The notes below the pieces were generated by a model. The model made no database searches and was not told where the DNA came from. It saw only the letters and a list, made by a program, of their open reading frames with translations. Source: a virus. Taken from it: a stretch of 64,000 nucleotides of DNA. This document shows, piece after piece, positions 25,721 to 34,526 of this stretch. A program made the translations under genes and the position numbers. The stretch spans positions 5,503 to 69,502 of IMG/VR virus record IMGVR_UViG_3300042377_000359, one strand, 5' to 3'. The first letter of the stretch is position 1; each line of letters begins with the position of its first letter.

Positions 25721-26152
25721 ATGAAAACATTTAACACTAAAAGTAAAACAAGTCTAATGACAAGTCCATTATTAATATCAGAACAAAATGTTGTTTTTTT
25801 AAAAAATAATGGGACAAAAGAGCTTTTAAAACTTTGTGAAAACGGAGACATTTTTGTAAATGGCAAACTTGTAGAAAATGACAAAGAAGTTGTTGATGGT
25901 TTGCGAGAATTTTTAAAAGGGCAACAAACATTTAACAAAATGGAAAAACAAACGGCATTAGACTTTTTATTAACAGAATTAGATATAGATAAATTAATAA
26001 GTAGGGAAAATTTAACAATTGCAGCAGAGGTTGTAAGACAAGCCAAAGAAATGGAGAAGGAGCAAATGAAAGATGCTTGGGATGATGGTTTATTTGGTAA
26101 AACAGATAATTTTAAACAATACTACAAAGAAATATTTGGAGGTAAGCTATAA
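25721..26152 (+). CDS. Fused cassette gene: hypothetical domain plus MEKQTA-family copy 2 (internal ATG 25940)
   Basis: NGDIFVNGKLVENDKEVVDGLREFL domain joined in frame through TFNK to MEKQTAL...QAKEMEKEQM. Confidence 0.7.
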   Translation: MKTFNTKSKTSLMTSPLLISEQNVVFLKNNGTKELLKLCENGDIFVNGKLVENDKEVVDGLREFLKGQQTFNKMEKQTALDFLLTELDIDKLISRENLTIAAEVVRQAKEMEKEQMKDAWDDGLFGKTDNFKQYYKEIFGGKL

Positions 26153-26190
26153 TATGACAAACAAAGAAAAATGTAAGCCTTTAGATTGAC

Positions 26191-26395
26191 TTTGGAAAAT
26201 AATATCTAATTTTAGGCTTATAGTGGAAAAAATAGGTGCAGAGCAAGAAAAATAGGCGCAATAGTGGAATAATATATCTTTGTAGCTCAAAAGTGAGCCG
26301 TATTGATACGCATTTATACGAATAATGAGCTTTAAAAGGGATAAATATATGCAATTAAGGTTGTTATATGACAAGTTAATTTCCCAAAATGGGAA
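26191..26395 (+). repeat. Non-coding duplicated element, copy 2
   Basis: See copy 1; contains a TATCTTTG box at 26275 and ends in the TTCCC-AAAAT-GGGAA palindrome. Confidence 0.9.
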
Positions 26396-26408
26396 CTAAT
26401 ATAAAAAA

Positions 26409-26564
26409 ATGAAAGACGAACATAAAGAGGTACTTATCGCGGTCTTGATGGAGGTTTACAATAAGACTGAAAAAGAGATATTGAGAGAAATCAGGCTTGC
26501 TGGTGATGACTGCAGGGAGATGATGGTATTACAGATGTGTATGGAAAGAGTGGCTGAACTGTGA
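26409..26564 (+). CDS. Hypothetical protein (51 aa, not in track)
   Basis: MKDEHKEVLIAVLMEV...VAEL*, A-rich leader. Confidence 0.55.
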   Translation: MKDEHKEVLIAVLMEVYNKTEKEILREIRLAGDDCREMMVLQMCMERVAEL

Positions 26565-26586
26565 AAAAATCATTATCTTTGCAAAA

Positions 26587-26907
26587 ATGAAAAAAATCGC
26601 CTCATATTTTTTGATTTTATTTAGAATTCACTATATTCCCAAAAAGGATAAGCTGAAAACTTATAAAATCATGAAGGGGATTTATAAAAGATGGGATTGT
26701 GAGCCGGTTGTGGGGATGTGCGCGATACTAAAGGTGCATGGTGATTTGAAGCACTATAAAGATATGTACTATTTATACCCTGAGCTATTTATCCACGAGC
26801 CAAAAAAACAATTTAAAAGGCAAGTTCATTGGTTTCACTTGTTTGGTAATGGAGTTAAGAAAAGAATTGAAATTTTAGAGAAAGCTATTAAAATTTTACA
26901 AAAATGA
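26587..26907 (+). CDS. Hypothetical protein
   Basis: 106 aa; ATG 5 nt after TATCTTTG. Confidence 0.65.
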   Translation: MKKIASYFLILFRIHYIPKKDKLKTYKIMKGIYKRWDCEPVVGMCAILKVHGDLKHYKDMYYLYPELFIHEPKKQFKRQVHWFHLFGNGVKKRIEILEKAIKILQK

Positions 26908-27065
26908 ACGAGAGATTAAGAAAAATAAAAGAGGAGCATGGAGTAGAATGCTCATGTTCTATTTGCAGAAGTCCGGAAGAGTCGGCTATCTATTGGATAG
27001 AAAAGCTTGAGGACTTGCAAGCCGAGGCCGACTACGAGCATGATGATCATAGAAATTTTGAATAA
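26904..27065 (+). CDS. Hypothetical protein (53 aa, CxCxxC; not in track)
   Basis: MNERLRKIKEEHGVECSCSICR...NFE*, ATGA-coupled. Confidence 0.55.
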   Translation: MNERLRKIKEEHGVECSCSICRSPEESAIYWIEKLEDLQAEADYEHDDHRNFE

Positions 27066-27093
27066 AAAAAACCCACTTGTTAGTGGGTTTTTT
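27064..27093. terminator. Bidirectional intrinsic terminator
   Basis: A-run, ACCCACT-TGTT-AGTGGGT, T-run, between convergent genes. Confidence 0.85.
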
Positions 27094-27095
27094 GT

Positions 27096-29465
27096 TTAGA
27101 AGTCTAATGGTTTCGGTTCTAATGCGTAGTTAATGGTCCCGGCTCTTTTGAGTACTACTCTATATACCCTAGGCTTAGTGCCATCTTTTTGCGTTACTCT
27201 CTGTTCGGAGAAGCCCAACTGTTTTAAAGCGCGGGGAACGTTTTTGATATCCAATCTGACACCTGATGCAGATAAAGTTGTTTGAACGTGCTCGGCAATC
27301 CTTGATGCTGTTAAATGCACTTCTTCTAGATGAGGGTAATCCTTTGGATGACCAATGGCTTCCATTACAAATTCAAAGTCCGATGTTGTTGTTTCGTATT
27401 TTTTGTTTTGTGAATCTCTGAATGCTTCTTCTTCTGGTGTTAATTGAAAATTGAATCCTAATTTGTAAAGAGCATATGCTTGAGACCACACTTTGTGGAT
27501 ATCAATCTTTTGTACTCCTGTATGGAAGTTATTATATGAATGGTCAATCTCATCTATTTCAAAGCATAACCAACGAGTGTTTTCTGTATCGGTTAAGAAT
27601 TGAGTGGTATTGGTTGAACCCCAGAAAGAACATCTACGAGGTTGCTCCTCTTCATCTTCGGCATAGGCTTTACGCTGCTTGATGGCTTTCTTTGAGATGA
27701 TTGCTTTTAATGCATTAATTTCAAACCCACGCGCACCCGATAACTCTTCTAGGTTATAGATAAAGTTTTCTGATAGACGGATAATAGAATCTTTGTCATC
27801 TTTTAATTTCTCATCGGTATAGTACTTGCTTCCAAATGGATTTAAAAATTTAATGAATGTTGACTTACCGGTGTTTTGTTTCTCTCCTACTAAAACCATT
27901 ACGATACGGTTTTCAAGATTTGATATCGAGCAAGGGATTGAACGTACTAATGCTTTCTTAAATTGATTAACAAAGAACTCTTGGTTATTTGTTTGGATGT
28001 GATTTGCTAAATCTGCAATATGGTCCGTTACGCCATCCCATTTAGGAAGGGATTCAAAATACTCTCTGAATGGATCGTAATTTTGTACAAAGTCTGAACG
28101 AAGGAGTGATTTGATTTTATCTAAAGGGTAGTTGAATCCTCTCTTGCACGCATCACGATAAATAGAATCGGCATTTACTTTAACAAACTCTACTTCCTTT
28201 TTTAATTTTACTTCTGATTTTTGGGTGATGATGTTTCTACGGAAATCATATTTAGCTTCGAGATACATCTCCATTTTTTCAATGGCTGGTTTTTTATCGT
28301 AGTTGAATAGTGCTTCGTACTTTTTGTATAGATATTCTACCTCTGCTTTAAGGGTATAATCATTTGCTCTTTTAGAACGCTCTGCTAGAAATTTATATTC
28401 GTTCTCGGTAAAGTATAGACCTGCTTTTATTTTTGCCAAGACATATTCTTGGATTTCTTTTGAGACACTAATCTCTGGTGTTTCACTTTCCTGCTGTTGG
28501 GAGTTTTTTTTTCGAGGGGAGATATCTAAGCCACAATCCTTGGCTAGACCAAAAAATGTTTTATAGGTGATCGAATTTTCGAGCCCCCCGCGCTTCCCAT
28601 TTAAGCATCGGTCATATTGTAGGTCTGTATCTTTTACATCATATAAATCGTTGAACTGAGAGATGCGATGAAAATAATCTCTACCATCCTCGCCAAGACC
28701 ATCTGCTAATGCAAATCCAATATCTCTCCAATCTTTATATCCACAAGTAAGGTCTAATTTCGTTTCTTCAATTTGTCTAACAACATACTCAACATCGTGG
28801 GCAACATCGGTTGTGGGAGCAATAGTTTTAACATCGCGCTTGCGCTTACGATCAAGATACTGCTTAGTTGGCTTATAAGTTGGCCTATTATGAAAATCAT
28901 CAGGGTTAATTAAATATAAATCTTCGTCATAAGAAACAAACCTTAAACGAAGCTGGTCTCCTGTTCCTGTATCTATGGATACACTTAAATTTTCTTTTAA
29001 TTCATTCTCTATAGAACGGAAACAATCCTCGTGCTGTTCAGGGTTTATTTTAACTACAAATGTTAAGCCTTCTCCTGATACTGATAAAAATGCGCAGATA
29101 ACTGCAGGAATTTGCGAGATTGATTTTTTAAGGGCAATGAAATCTTCTGTTGTGTTAAGATGGTCATTACCTTTAGAATCAATATCAATATTTAATAACC
29201 CTGAGTGCTTGACAATATTTTCAGTCTTGCGGTAATCTCTCACTAATGCTGAGATTGTTAGCGCGGGTAAATTTTCAATTTTAAACCTGTCCCTATCTTT
29301 TTTGATTTCGATACTACGAACGGAATTTACAATTTCTTTGTATTTACCGTTTTTAATATTTAGCATCTCATCGAAGAAATCAACTTCGTAAGGGATAACA
29401 CCAGGAACCATCTGTTCCGTTTTTGAAGAATACTTTGGCTTGTAAGCCGAGATTTTTAGATTCAT
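27096..29465 (-). CDS. Primase-helicase (BT4734-like N-terminus, PriCT-2, VirE/VapE ATPase)
   Basis: HSGLLNIDID, FLSVSGEGL, RLRFVSYD; W.DIGFAL..G.GEDGRDYFHRIS; Walker A GEKQNTGKST; SFWGSTN..QFLTD...TRW. Confidence 0.92.
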   Translation of the reverse strand: MNLKISAYKPKYSSKTEQMVPGVIPYEVDFFDEMLNIKNGKYKEIVNSVRSIEIKKDRDRFKIENLPALTISALVRDYRKTENIVKHSGLLNIDIDSKGNDHLNTTEDFIALKKSISQIPAVICAFLSVSGEGLTFVVKINPEQHEDCFRSIENELKENLSVSIDTGTGDQLRLRFVSYDEDLYLINPDDFHNRPTYKPTKQYLDRKRKRDVKTIAPTTDVAHDVEYVVRQIEETKLDLTCGYKDWRDIGFALADGLGEDGRDYFHRISQFNDLYDVKDTDLQYDRCLNGKRGGLENSITYKTFFGLAKDCGLDISPRKKNSQQQESETPEISVSKEIQEYVLAKIKAGLYFTENEYKFLAERSKRANDYTLKAEVEYLYKKYEALFNYDKKPAIEKMEMYLEAKYDFRRNIITQKSEVKLKKEVEFVKVNADSIYRDACKRGFNYPLDKIKSLLRSDFVQNYDPFREYFESLPKWDGVTDHIADLANHIQTNNQEFFVNQFKKALVRSIPCSISNLENRIVMVLVGEKQNTGKSTFIKFLNPFGSKYYTDEKLKDDKDSIIRLSENFIYNLEELSGARGFEINALKAIISKKAIKQRKAYAEDEEEQPRRCSFWGSTNTTQFLTDTENTRWLCFEIDEIDHSYNNFHTGVQKIDIHKVWSQAYALYKLGFNFQLTPEEEAFRDSQNKKYETTTSDFEFVMEAIGHPKDYPHLEEVHLTASRIAEHVQTTLSASGVRLDIKNVPRALKQLGFSEQRVTQKDGTKPRVYRVVLKRAGTINYALEPKPLDF

Positions 29466-29478
29466 ATATATATTTATT

Positions 29479-29688
29479 TTATTCGAGGGGCTGTAAAAGT
29501 ACTAATTCATTTTGACATCTGAAAACTATTTTGCCGGATTTTAATTCCACACTATAATATTTCATTCCACAGGGGAATATTTCTATTTCGATAATCTTGC
29601 CCGGTGCTGATTGCTTTGGGTTTTCTTTATCAAAAATTTTTGCTTTAACTTCGTCTCCGATGTTTAAGATAATGTTGCTGCCAGCCAT
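29479..29688 (-). CDS. Small SH3/KOW-like hypothetical protein
   Basis: LNIGDEVK...GKII.I...YYSV...ELV pattern. Confidence 0.5.
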   Translation of the reverse strand: MAGSNIILNIGDEVKAKIFDKENPKQSAPGKIIEIEIFPCGMKYYSVELKSGKIVFRCQNELVLLQPLE

Positions 29689-31087
29689 GTTGGTATCCTT
29701 TTAATTTTCCATATTGATTAAACGCTTCGGTCCCTCTTTCTAATAATTGGTGAACCATCCAACCTATTTTATATTCTTTTATTGTTCTAATTAATTCTAA
29801 TTCTTCGATGGTCATTTGTGAAAATCTTTTATTGAGTAACTCTTGAGGAATCTCAGGAAGTTTCTCTTTAATGATTTCTACAATACCTTCGCTCGTTGCT
29901 AACTTCTCTCTGTCTGTTGGGAATTCAAACCCGCAGAACTTGCATACTTTACTTACGGCAGGAATTAAACATCCACACGCAGGGTTCAAACATTCTTTAA
30001 TAGGGGCTAATCCTTTTTTACCTGAACCCTTCTTTTGAGGGGTAAGAGTCCATTCTCTCACATCGTCATACCATCCGTGCTCTAGGATGTTTGACCCCAT
30101 GTCAATTATATTAAAGAACTCTTTGTTTGGAAGCGGTCTAGAACCACGACCAATCATTTGCAAATATAATGCTAGGGATTTAGTTTTCCTATTTAGTATA
30201 ACTGTCTGAATTCCGGGGAAATCATAACCTTTTGTTACAATACCTTGGTTAACTAAAATCATGGCATCACCTCTTTCGAATTGTTCAAATGCATCACGAC
30301 GTTCTTGCTCAGAACATAATGAGGTATCGGATACCACGAATACTGCTTTGATACCTCTTTCATTAAATTCTCTAGCTGTTCGGATAGTGTGATCAACATT
30401 GATACAAAAACAAATAGCTTTTGTATTTGGGGTATGCTCTTGGTAGGCATCAATCATTCCGGCATACATTGTTTTCTTGTCAAACTTTTGAAATAGTTCA
30501 TCGGCATCGTAATCATCTCCTCGCGTCTTTAGTTTGCCGAAATTTTCCCAAGCGCCAAAATACTTTGCGTTAACTAAGAATCCTTTGTCGATAAGTTCAT
30601 TGATTTCTATTACCTCAACCATATCGTGATAAAACTCGGATAGGTTAAATTTAGATGTGGAGATAGGGGTAGCTGTTAAGCCTACTACAAATGAGTTATC
30701 ATAAATGTGATTATTTAATACTCTGCTAAATGCATTAATATGTGCTTCGTCAATAATCACTAAATCTGCTTCAGGCATATTCCTGCGATTTAATGTTTGG
30801 ATGGATGCTACATAGCAAGGGGCAATCTGACCTTTCCAATTAGGGTTAATCATCATTGGATTAATGCCGTTCCTTTTTAAATGGGTTTGTGCTTGAGTCA
30901 TTAACTCCCAGCGGTCTGCGATGATTAGGACACTTCGTCCTCTTTTTATGGCTTCTACGGCCATATAGGTAAATACTACTGATTTCCCCCCACCTGTGCT
31001 TAGTCTAAATACTACTCTTTTTTTGCCTTCTTTAAACTTTTCTTTGATACGGACAATTGCCGTTGATTGATATTCTCTTAATTTCAT
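29645..31087 (-). CDS. SF2 DEAD/DEAH helicase with zinc ribbon
   Basis: Probable start MKLREYQ at 31087; STGGGKS, DEAH, GLTATP, QMIGRGSR, C-terminal Cys cluster. Confidence 0.95.
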   Translation of the reverse strand: MKLREYQSTAIVRIKEKFKEGKKRVVFRLSTGGGKSVVFTYMAVEAIKRGRSVLIIADRWELMTQAQTHLKRNGINPMMINPNWKGQIAPCYVASIQTLNRRNMPEADLVIIDEAHINAFSRVLNNHIYDNSFVVGLTATPISTSKFNLSEFYHDMVEVIEINELIDKGFLVNAKYFGAWENFGKLKTRGDDYDADELFQKFDKKTMYAGMIDAYQEHTPNTKAICFCINVDHTIRTAREFNERGIKAVFVVSDTSLCSEQERRDAFEQFERGDAMILVNQGIVTKGYDFPGIQTVILNRKTKSLALYLQMIGRGSRPLPNKEFFNIIDMGSNILEHGWYDDVREWTLTPQKKGSGKKGLAPIKECLNPACGCLIPAVSKVCKFCGFEFPTDREKLATSEGIVEIIKEKLPEIPQELLNKRFSQMTIEELELIRTIKEYKIGWMVHQLLERGTEAFNQYGKLKGYQHGWQQHYLKHRRRS

Positions 31088-31143
31088 ACGGCACAATAAT
31101 ACAAATTTTGTGCCAATAATAAAATATGTTATATTTGTAATGT

Positions 31144-31740
31144 ATGGAAACTGGCGTATTAGCATTTATGAATCACGTTAAAAAAGAATGTGAAGCCTAT
31201 GAGGTTCAACTCTGTATCCGTAAGGGCAAGTATGTTGTCCTAAATAAAAAAAACCAATGTAGCGGATATTTTGATCCTGAAGAAGGGAAAGAAAGATTAG
31301 TCGTTGCAAGTAATCGAAAAGATTTCCTATCCATTTTAGTCCACGAATATGCACATCTGACACAATGGGCTGATAACTGCTATGAGTGGTATAACTATGG
31401 CGAATCCTATAATTTAGTGGATGAATGGTTAGGTGGGGAAGATGTTCACAATATCGGAAGGCATTTAAAAAGGGCTATGCTAATCGAGCTTGATAATGAG
31501 AAGAGATCAGTAGCATTGATTAAAAAATTCAAATTACCTATAGACATTGATGATTATATCCGAAAGGCTAATTCGTATATGTTTTTTTGGTTATACTTAA
31601 AGTACACGAGGTCTTGGTCTAAAGCCAGCAATAGTCCTTATAATAATAAAACAATCATATCTAAAATGCCAAAGCGTTTTTTGAAAGAGTATAAAATGAC
31701 AGAGCGAATAAAACAATTATATTTCAATGAAGGCATCTGA
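31144..31740 (+). CDS. Zincin-like metallopeptidase
   Basis: ILVHEYAHLTQW (HExxH) with a downstream E.D.E.R. Confidence 0.7.
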   Translation: METGVLAFMNHVKKECEAYEVQLCIRKGKYVVLNKKNQCSGYFDPEEGKERLVVASNRKDFLSILVHEYAHLTQWADNCYEWYNYGESYNLVDEWLGGEDVHNIGRHLKRAMLIELDNEKRSVALIKKFKLPIDIDDYIRKANSYMFFWLYLKYTRSWSKASNSPYNNKTIISKMPKRFLKEYKMTERIKQLYFNEGI

Positions 31741-32110
31741 GTTAAACCTGCAAGGGACTTGTTATCAATGGGCATACAATACATATCAGGAAGTTAGAGG
31801 TATATTGCACCATATCCCAAATGGGGGTAAGAGGTCAATAGTCGAGGCTGCTCAATTAAAAGCTAGTGGAGTTGTTATGGGAGTTTGCGATTTATTTTTA
31901 CCTTTGGCGCGAAGGAGCGCTCATGGCTTATATATTGAGATGAAGCTACCGGGCGAAAAGCTTAGAGCGGAGCAGGTAATGTTTGCTGACAAAGTTTCCA
32001 AAAATGGATACTTTGTGTATCGTATTGATAATGTAGAAGAGTTTAAAGGATTAATAGAGTGGTATTTAGGTCACCATGAAATAGAACCTAGTCAATGTAA
32101 ATTTTTATAA
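31727..32110 (+). CDS. VRR-NUC nuclease / Holliday junction resolvase-like
   Basis: HHIPNGGKR, GV..GVCDL, LYIEMK and Q..F motifs. Confidence 0.88.
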   Translation: MKASELNLQGTCYQWAYNTYQEVRGILHHIPNGGKRSIVEAAQLKASGVVMGVCDLFLPLARRSAHGLYIEMKLPGEKLRAEQVMFADKVSKNGYFVYRIDNVEEFKGLIEWYLGHHEIEPSQCKFL

Positions 32111-32111
32111 T

Positions 32112-32363
32112 ATGGTAAAGAAAATGTTTAATGAGTACCTTTTAATCAGAAGAGATGAAGGGGTCAAACAAATTGGAACAATTGAATTATTGGACACTAC
32201 AGTAGAGCGTCCTTTTTCTGGGACAGTAGTGTCTTCTTTTGATGAATCTGAAGTTGCAATTGATATTAGGATTGCATACCAAAGAAATGCTGGTACTCCT
32301 ATCTTTGTTGAAGGAGAAGAGTATTGGGTAGTTAGAAAGGTTGATATTATCTGTGAACTATAA
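32112..32363 (+). CDS. GroES-like co-chaperonin
   Basis: LLIRR...SGTVV...G.PI.VEGEEYWVVRKVDII. Confidence 0.75.
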   Translation: MVKKMFNEYLLIRRDEGVKQIGTIELLDTTVERPFSGTVVSSFDESEVAIDIRIAYQRNAGTPIFVEGEEYWVVRKVDIICEL

Positions 32364-32572
32364 TGCCTTATATAGCAGATTTGACTATACTAAAATCAGG
32401 TAAACTTCAAGGCGTAGTGAATGTAATAGTTTCTTCAGATGACATTAATGTTATCCGAAAGGACAACCTAACGAGAGCGGTTAGGAGATTTACTACTGCC
32501 AAGAAGGTATCTGATTTCAATGGTTACACAATAGGCGAAATAAAAAGCATCCGACAGGTGGTTGGATTATAA
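32363..32572 (+). CDS. Hypothetical protein
   Basis: 69 aa, TAATG-coupled. Confidence 0.6.
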   Translation: MPYIADLTILKSGKLQGVVNVIVSSDDINVIRKDNLTRAVRRFTTAKKVSDFNGYTIGEIKSIRQVVGL

Positions 32573-32581
32573 TTGACATAT

Positions 32582-32872
32582 GGGCCTGACTGGAATCGAT
32601 CGGGCAAGTAAGTATTATAGACAGGGAGTGGTGACAAGCTTTTGTTACAAACAATTAAATGGCAAACCTGAATTATCGAGTGTAGGTATCGAGGATATCC
32701 TTGCTCACGTTGAAGCTAATACTGTAGAATACAAGTTAGCAGCCTAATTTTGAGTTTCTTGGAACTTTAAACCAAGTGGTGGAGCGGTTGTTCTAAGCAA
32801 CCCCAATAACCTTGTAAAAACTCTATAATATAGATGTGCATCGACACGAGAGTTCGAATCTCTCCAGGTCCA
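32582..32872 (+). ncRNA. ssrA: tmRNA
   Basis: GGGCCTG/CAGGTCC acceptor with G3-U wobble and A discriminator; T-arm GAGAG-TTCGAAT-CTCTC; tag frame 32661-32747 GKPELSSVGIEDILAHVEANTVEYKLAA* after TTAAAT. Confidence 0.93.
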
Positions 32873-32909
32873 CTAATGATTTGGATTTGTTTTTTTCGTA
32901 TATTTGTAT

Positions 32910-33038
32910 ATGGCAAAAGTAAAATCATCAGCGAAAGCTGCAAAGGCAGAAAAGGTAAACTTTGGAAAGAGAAAAACCGGCCGTGCTGCTAAGGCTAAGA
33001 ATAAGCAGCAGAAACCTTATAATAGACAAGGAAGATAA
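32910..33038 (+). CDS. Small basic protein (42 aa, not in track)
   Basis: MAKVKSSAKAAK...KPYNRQGR*, directly after TATATTTG, TAATG-coupled to the next gene. Confidence 0.7.
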   Translation: MAKVKSSAKAAKAEKVNFGKRKTGRAAKAKNKQQKPYNRQGR

Positions 33039-33310
33039 TGGCAAAGCAAGTTGAAAAATCTAAAATGAAGTGTAACTCTCCAAAGAGTACACCATCTCAT
33101 CCAAAGAAATCTCACGTTGTAAAAGCTTGTTCTGCAGGCAAGGAAAAAGTGATTAGATTTGGTCAGCAAGGTGTAAGTGGCTCTCCTAAAAAAGCAGGAG
33201 AATCTGAAGCATCTAAGAATAGAAGAGAATCGTTTAAAGCTCGTCACGGGGCAAATATTGCTAAGGGTAAAATGTCTGCGAGCTGGTGGAGTAATAAAGT
33301 TAAATGGTAA
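33038..33310 (+). CDS. Conserved basic phage protein
   Basis: HPKKSHVVKAC..GKEK.IRFGQQG...RRESFKARH...SA.WW..KVKW pattern widespread in aquatic phages. Confidence 0.8.
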   Translation: MAKQVEKSKMKCNSPKSTPSHPKKSHVVKACSAGKEKVIRFGQQGVSGSPKKAGESEASKNRRESFKARHGANIAKGKMSASWWSNKVKW

Positions 33311-33316
33311 AAGAAA

Positions 33317-34006
33317 ATGGCAATTAAAAGGAAAACATTATTAGTTGAAAACACTCCTGCTAAAGCAGCCGCTAAAGCCGCTGTAAAAGCAGCCGCTTTA
33401 AAAGCTGCTGCTAGAGATGTTTCTAAAGGTGTAGAGGCTACACCTATTGAAGTGTCAGACCCTAAAGATCCAAGGTTAAAAAGATATAGCGATAGTTTAG
33501 ATGTTTACAATACAGGTAATCGTGTAAAAGGTGAGTTTATGAATTATCATAATAGTTTACCAAAATCTTCAAAATCAGATAATAAAGAAAAATCAACATA
33601 TAATGTTGTAAGTATTAGTGAAAAGGATTATCGTAGTAAATATGCCCCATTGAGAAATAAATATACAAGTTATGTAAAAAAACTATCAGAAGGTAATATA
33701 AAAGCAATACCAAATACTAATGATAGAATTGGTATAAGAGTAAAGAGAGCAAATGGAACAGGTGATAGGGGATCAGGATATTTATATGATTTTAAAAAAC
33801 CTACACAACCAATAAAATTAAAAAAACCTATAGTTAAAAGACCAGGTGAAAGAATAGTTGCAGATAATGCTTCAGGGGGTGGATATCCTAATATAGACAA
33901 TGTTTATATTAATAATAGACTTGATTCAATTCAAAACCAAGCTGGGGAAAGATTGAAGTATGGTACAAAGTTTACAAGAGAGTGGCAATACAGAAAGAAA
34001 AAATAA
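33317..34006 (+). CDS. Lysine/alanine-rich protein 1
   Basis: MAIKRKT start, KAAA repeats, DPKDPRLKRYSDSL, ends RKKK. Confidence 0.7.
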   Translation: MAIKRKTLLVENTPAKAAAKAAVKAAALKAAARDVSKGVEATPIEVSDPKDPRLKRYSDSLDVYNTGNRVKGEFMNYHNSLPKSSKSDNKEKSTYNVVSISEKDYRSKYAPLRNKYTSYVKKLSEGNIKAIPNTNDRIGIRVKRANGTGDRGSGYLYDFKKPTQPIKLKKPIVKRPGERIVADNASGGGYPNIDNVYINNRLDSIQNQAGERLKYGTKFTREWQYRKKK

Positions 34007-34022
34007 TTTAAAAAACAATAAA

Positions 34023-34505
34023 ATGGCAATATTTAAAAAGACAACTGCAACTAAAGCTGCAGAAATGTCTAAGAAAACAGGAAAGCCTGTTCAAATGATT
34101 AGGTCTAAAGGTGTAAAGACTATTGTAACAAAACCTAAGTCACTTACAGTTGATTCTATCCCATCTAAAAAGCAAGTCCCAATGACTGTTAAAACTTTCA
34201 AAGAAGGCAAGATGGTACAAAAGGAAAAGGCTAGTAAAAATTTATTTCTTAACCCTACTACAAAACTAAAGCAAAAGTCAGCTGATGGATCTAGTTTAAA
34301 AATTTCAAGAGTATTAAAACCTTCAGATACTCTTGATGTTAGAAAATATAAGACTACAAAATCTGCAAGTGGCGTGAAAAATAAATACGAAAATGGAGAA
34401 GTATTGTATAAGTTTGGTAAAGAAGATTTAAAGGCTATTGGTACAGGGATGGCTGCAGTTGGGGCATTATCTAAAATCCCACGTTTAATTACTGGTAAAA
34501 AATAA
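34023..34505 (+). CDS. Lysine-rich protein 2
   Basis: Probable start MAIFKKTT at 34023; ends GKK. Confidence 0.7.
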   Translation: MAIFKKTTATKAAEMSKKTGKPVQMIRSKGVKTIVTKPKSLTVDSIPSKKQVPMTVKTFKEGKMVQKEKASKNLFLNPTTKLKQKSADGSSLKISRVLKPSDTLDVRKYKTTKSASGVKNKYENGEVLYKFGKEDLKAIGTGMAAVGALSKIPRLITGKK

Positions 34506-34526
34506 ACAATTTTTAAAAACAATAAA

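Noticed and set aside
25058-26395. CRISPR array
   Set aside because: Only two long copies, no regular repeat-spacer period, no cas genes
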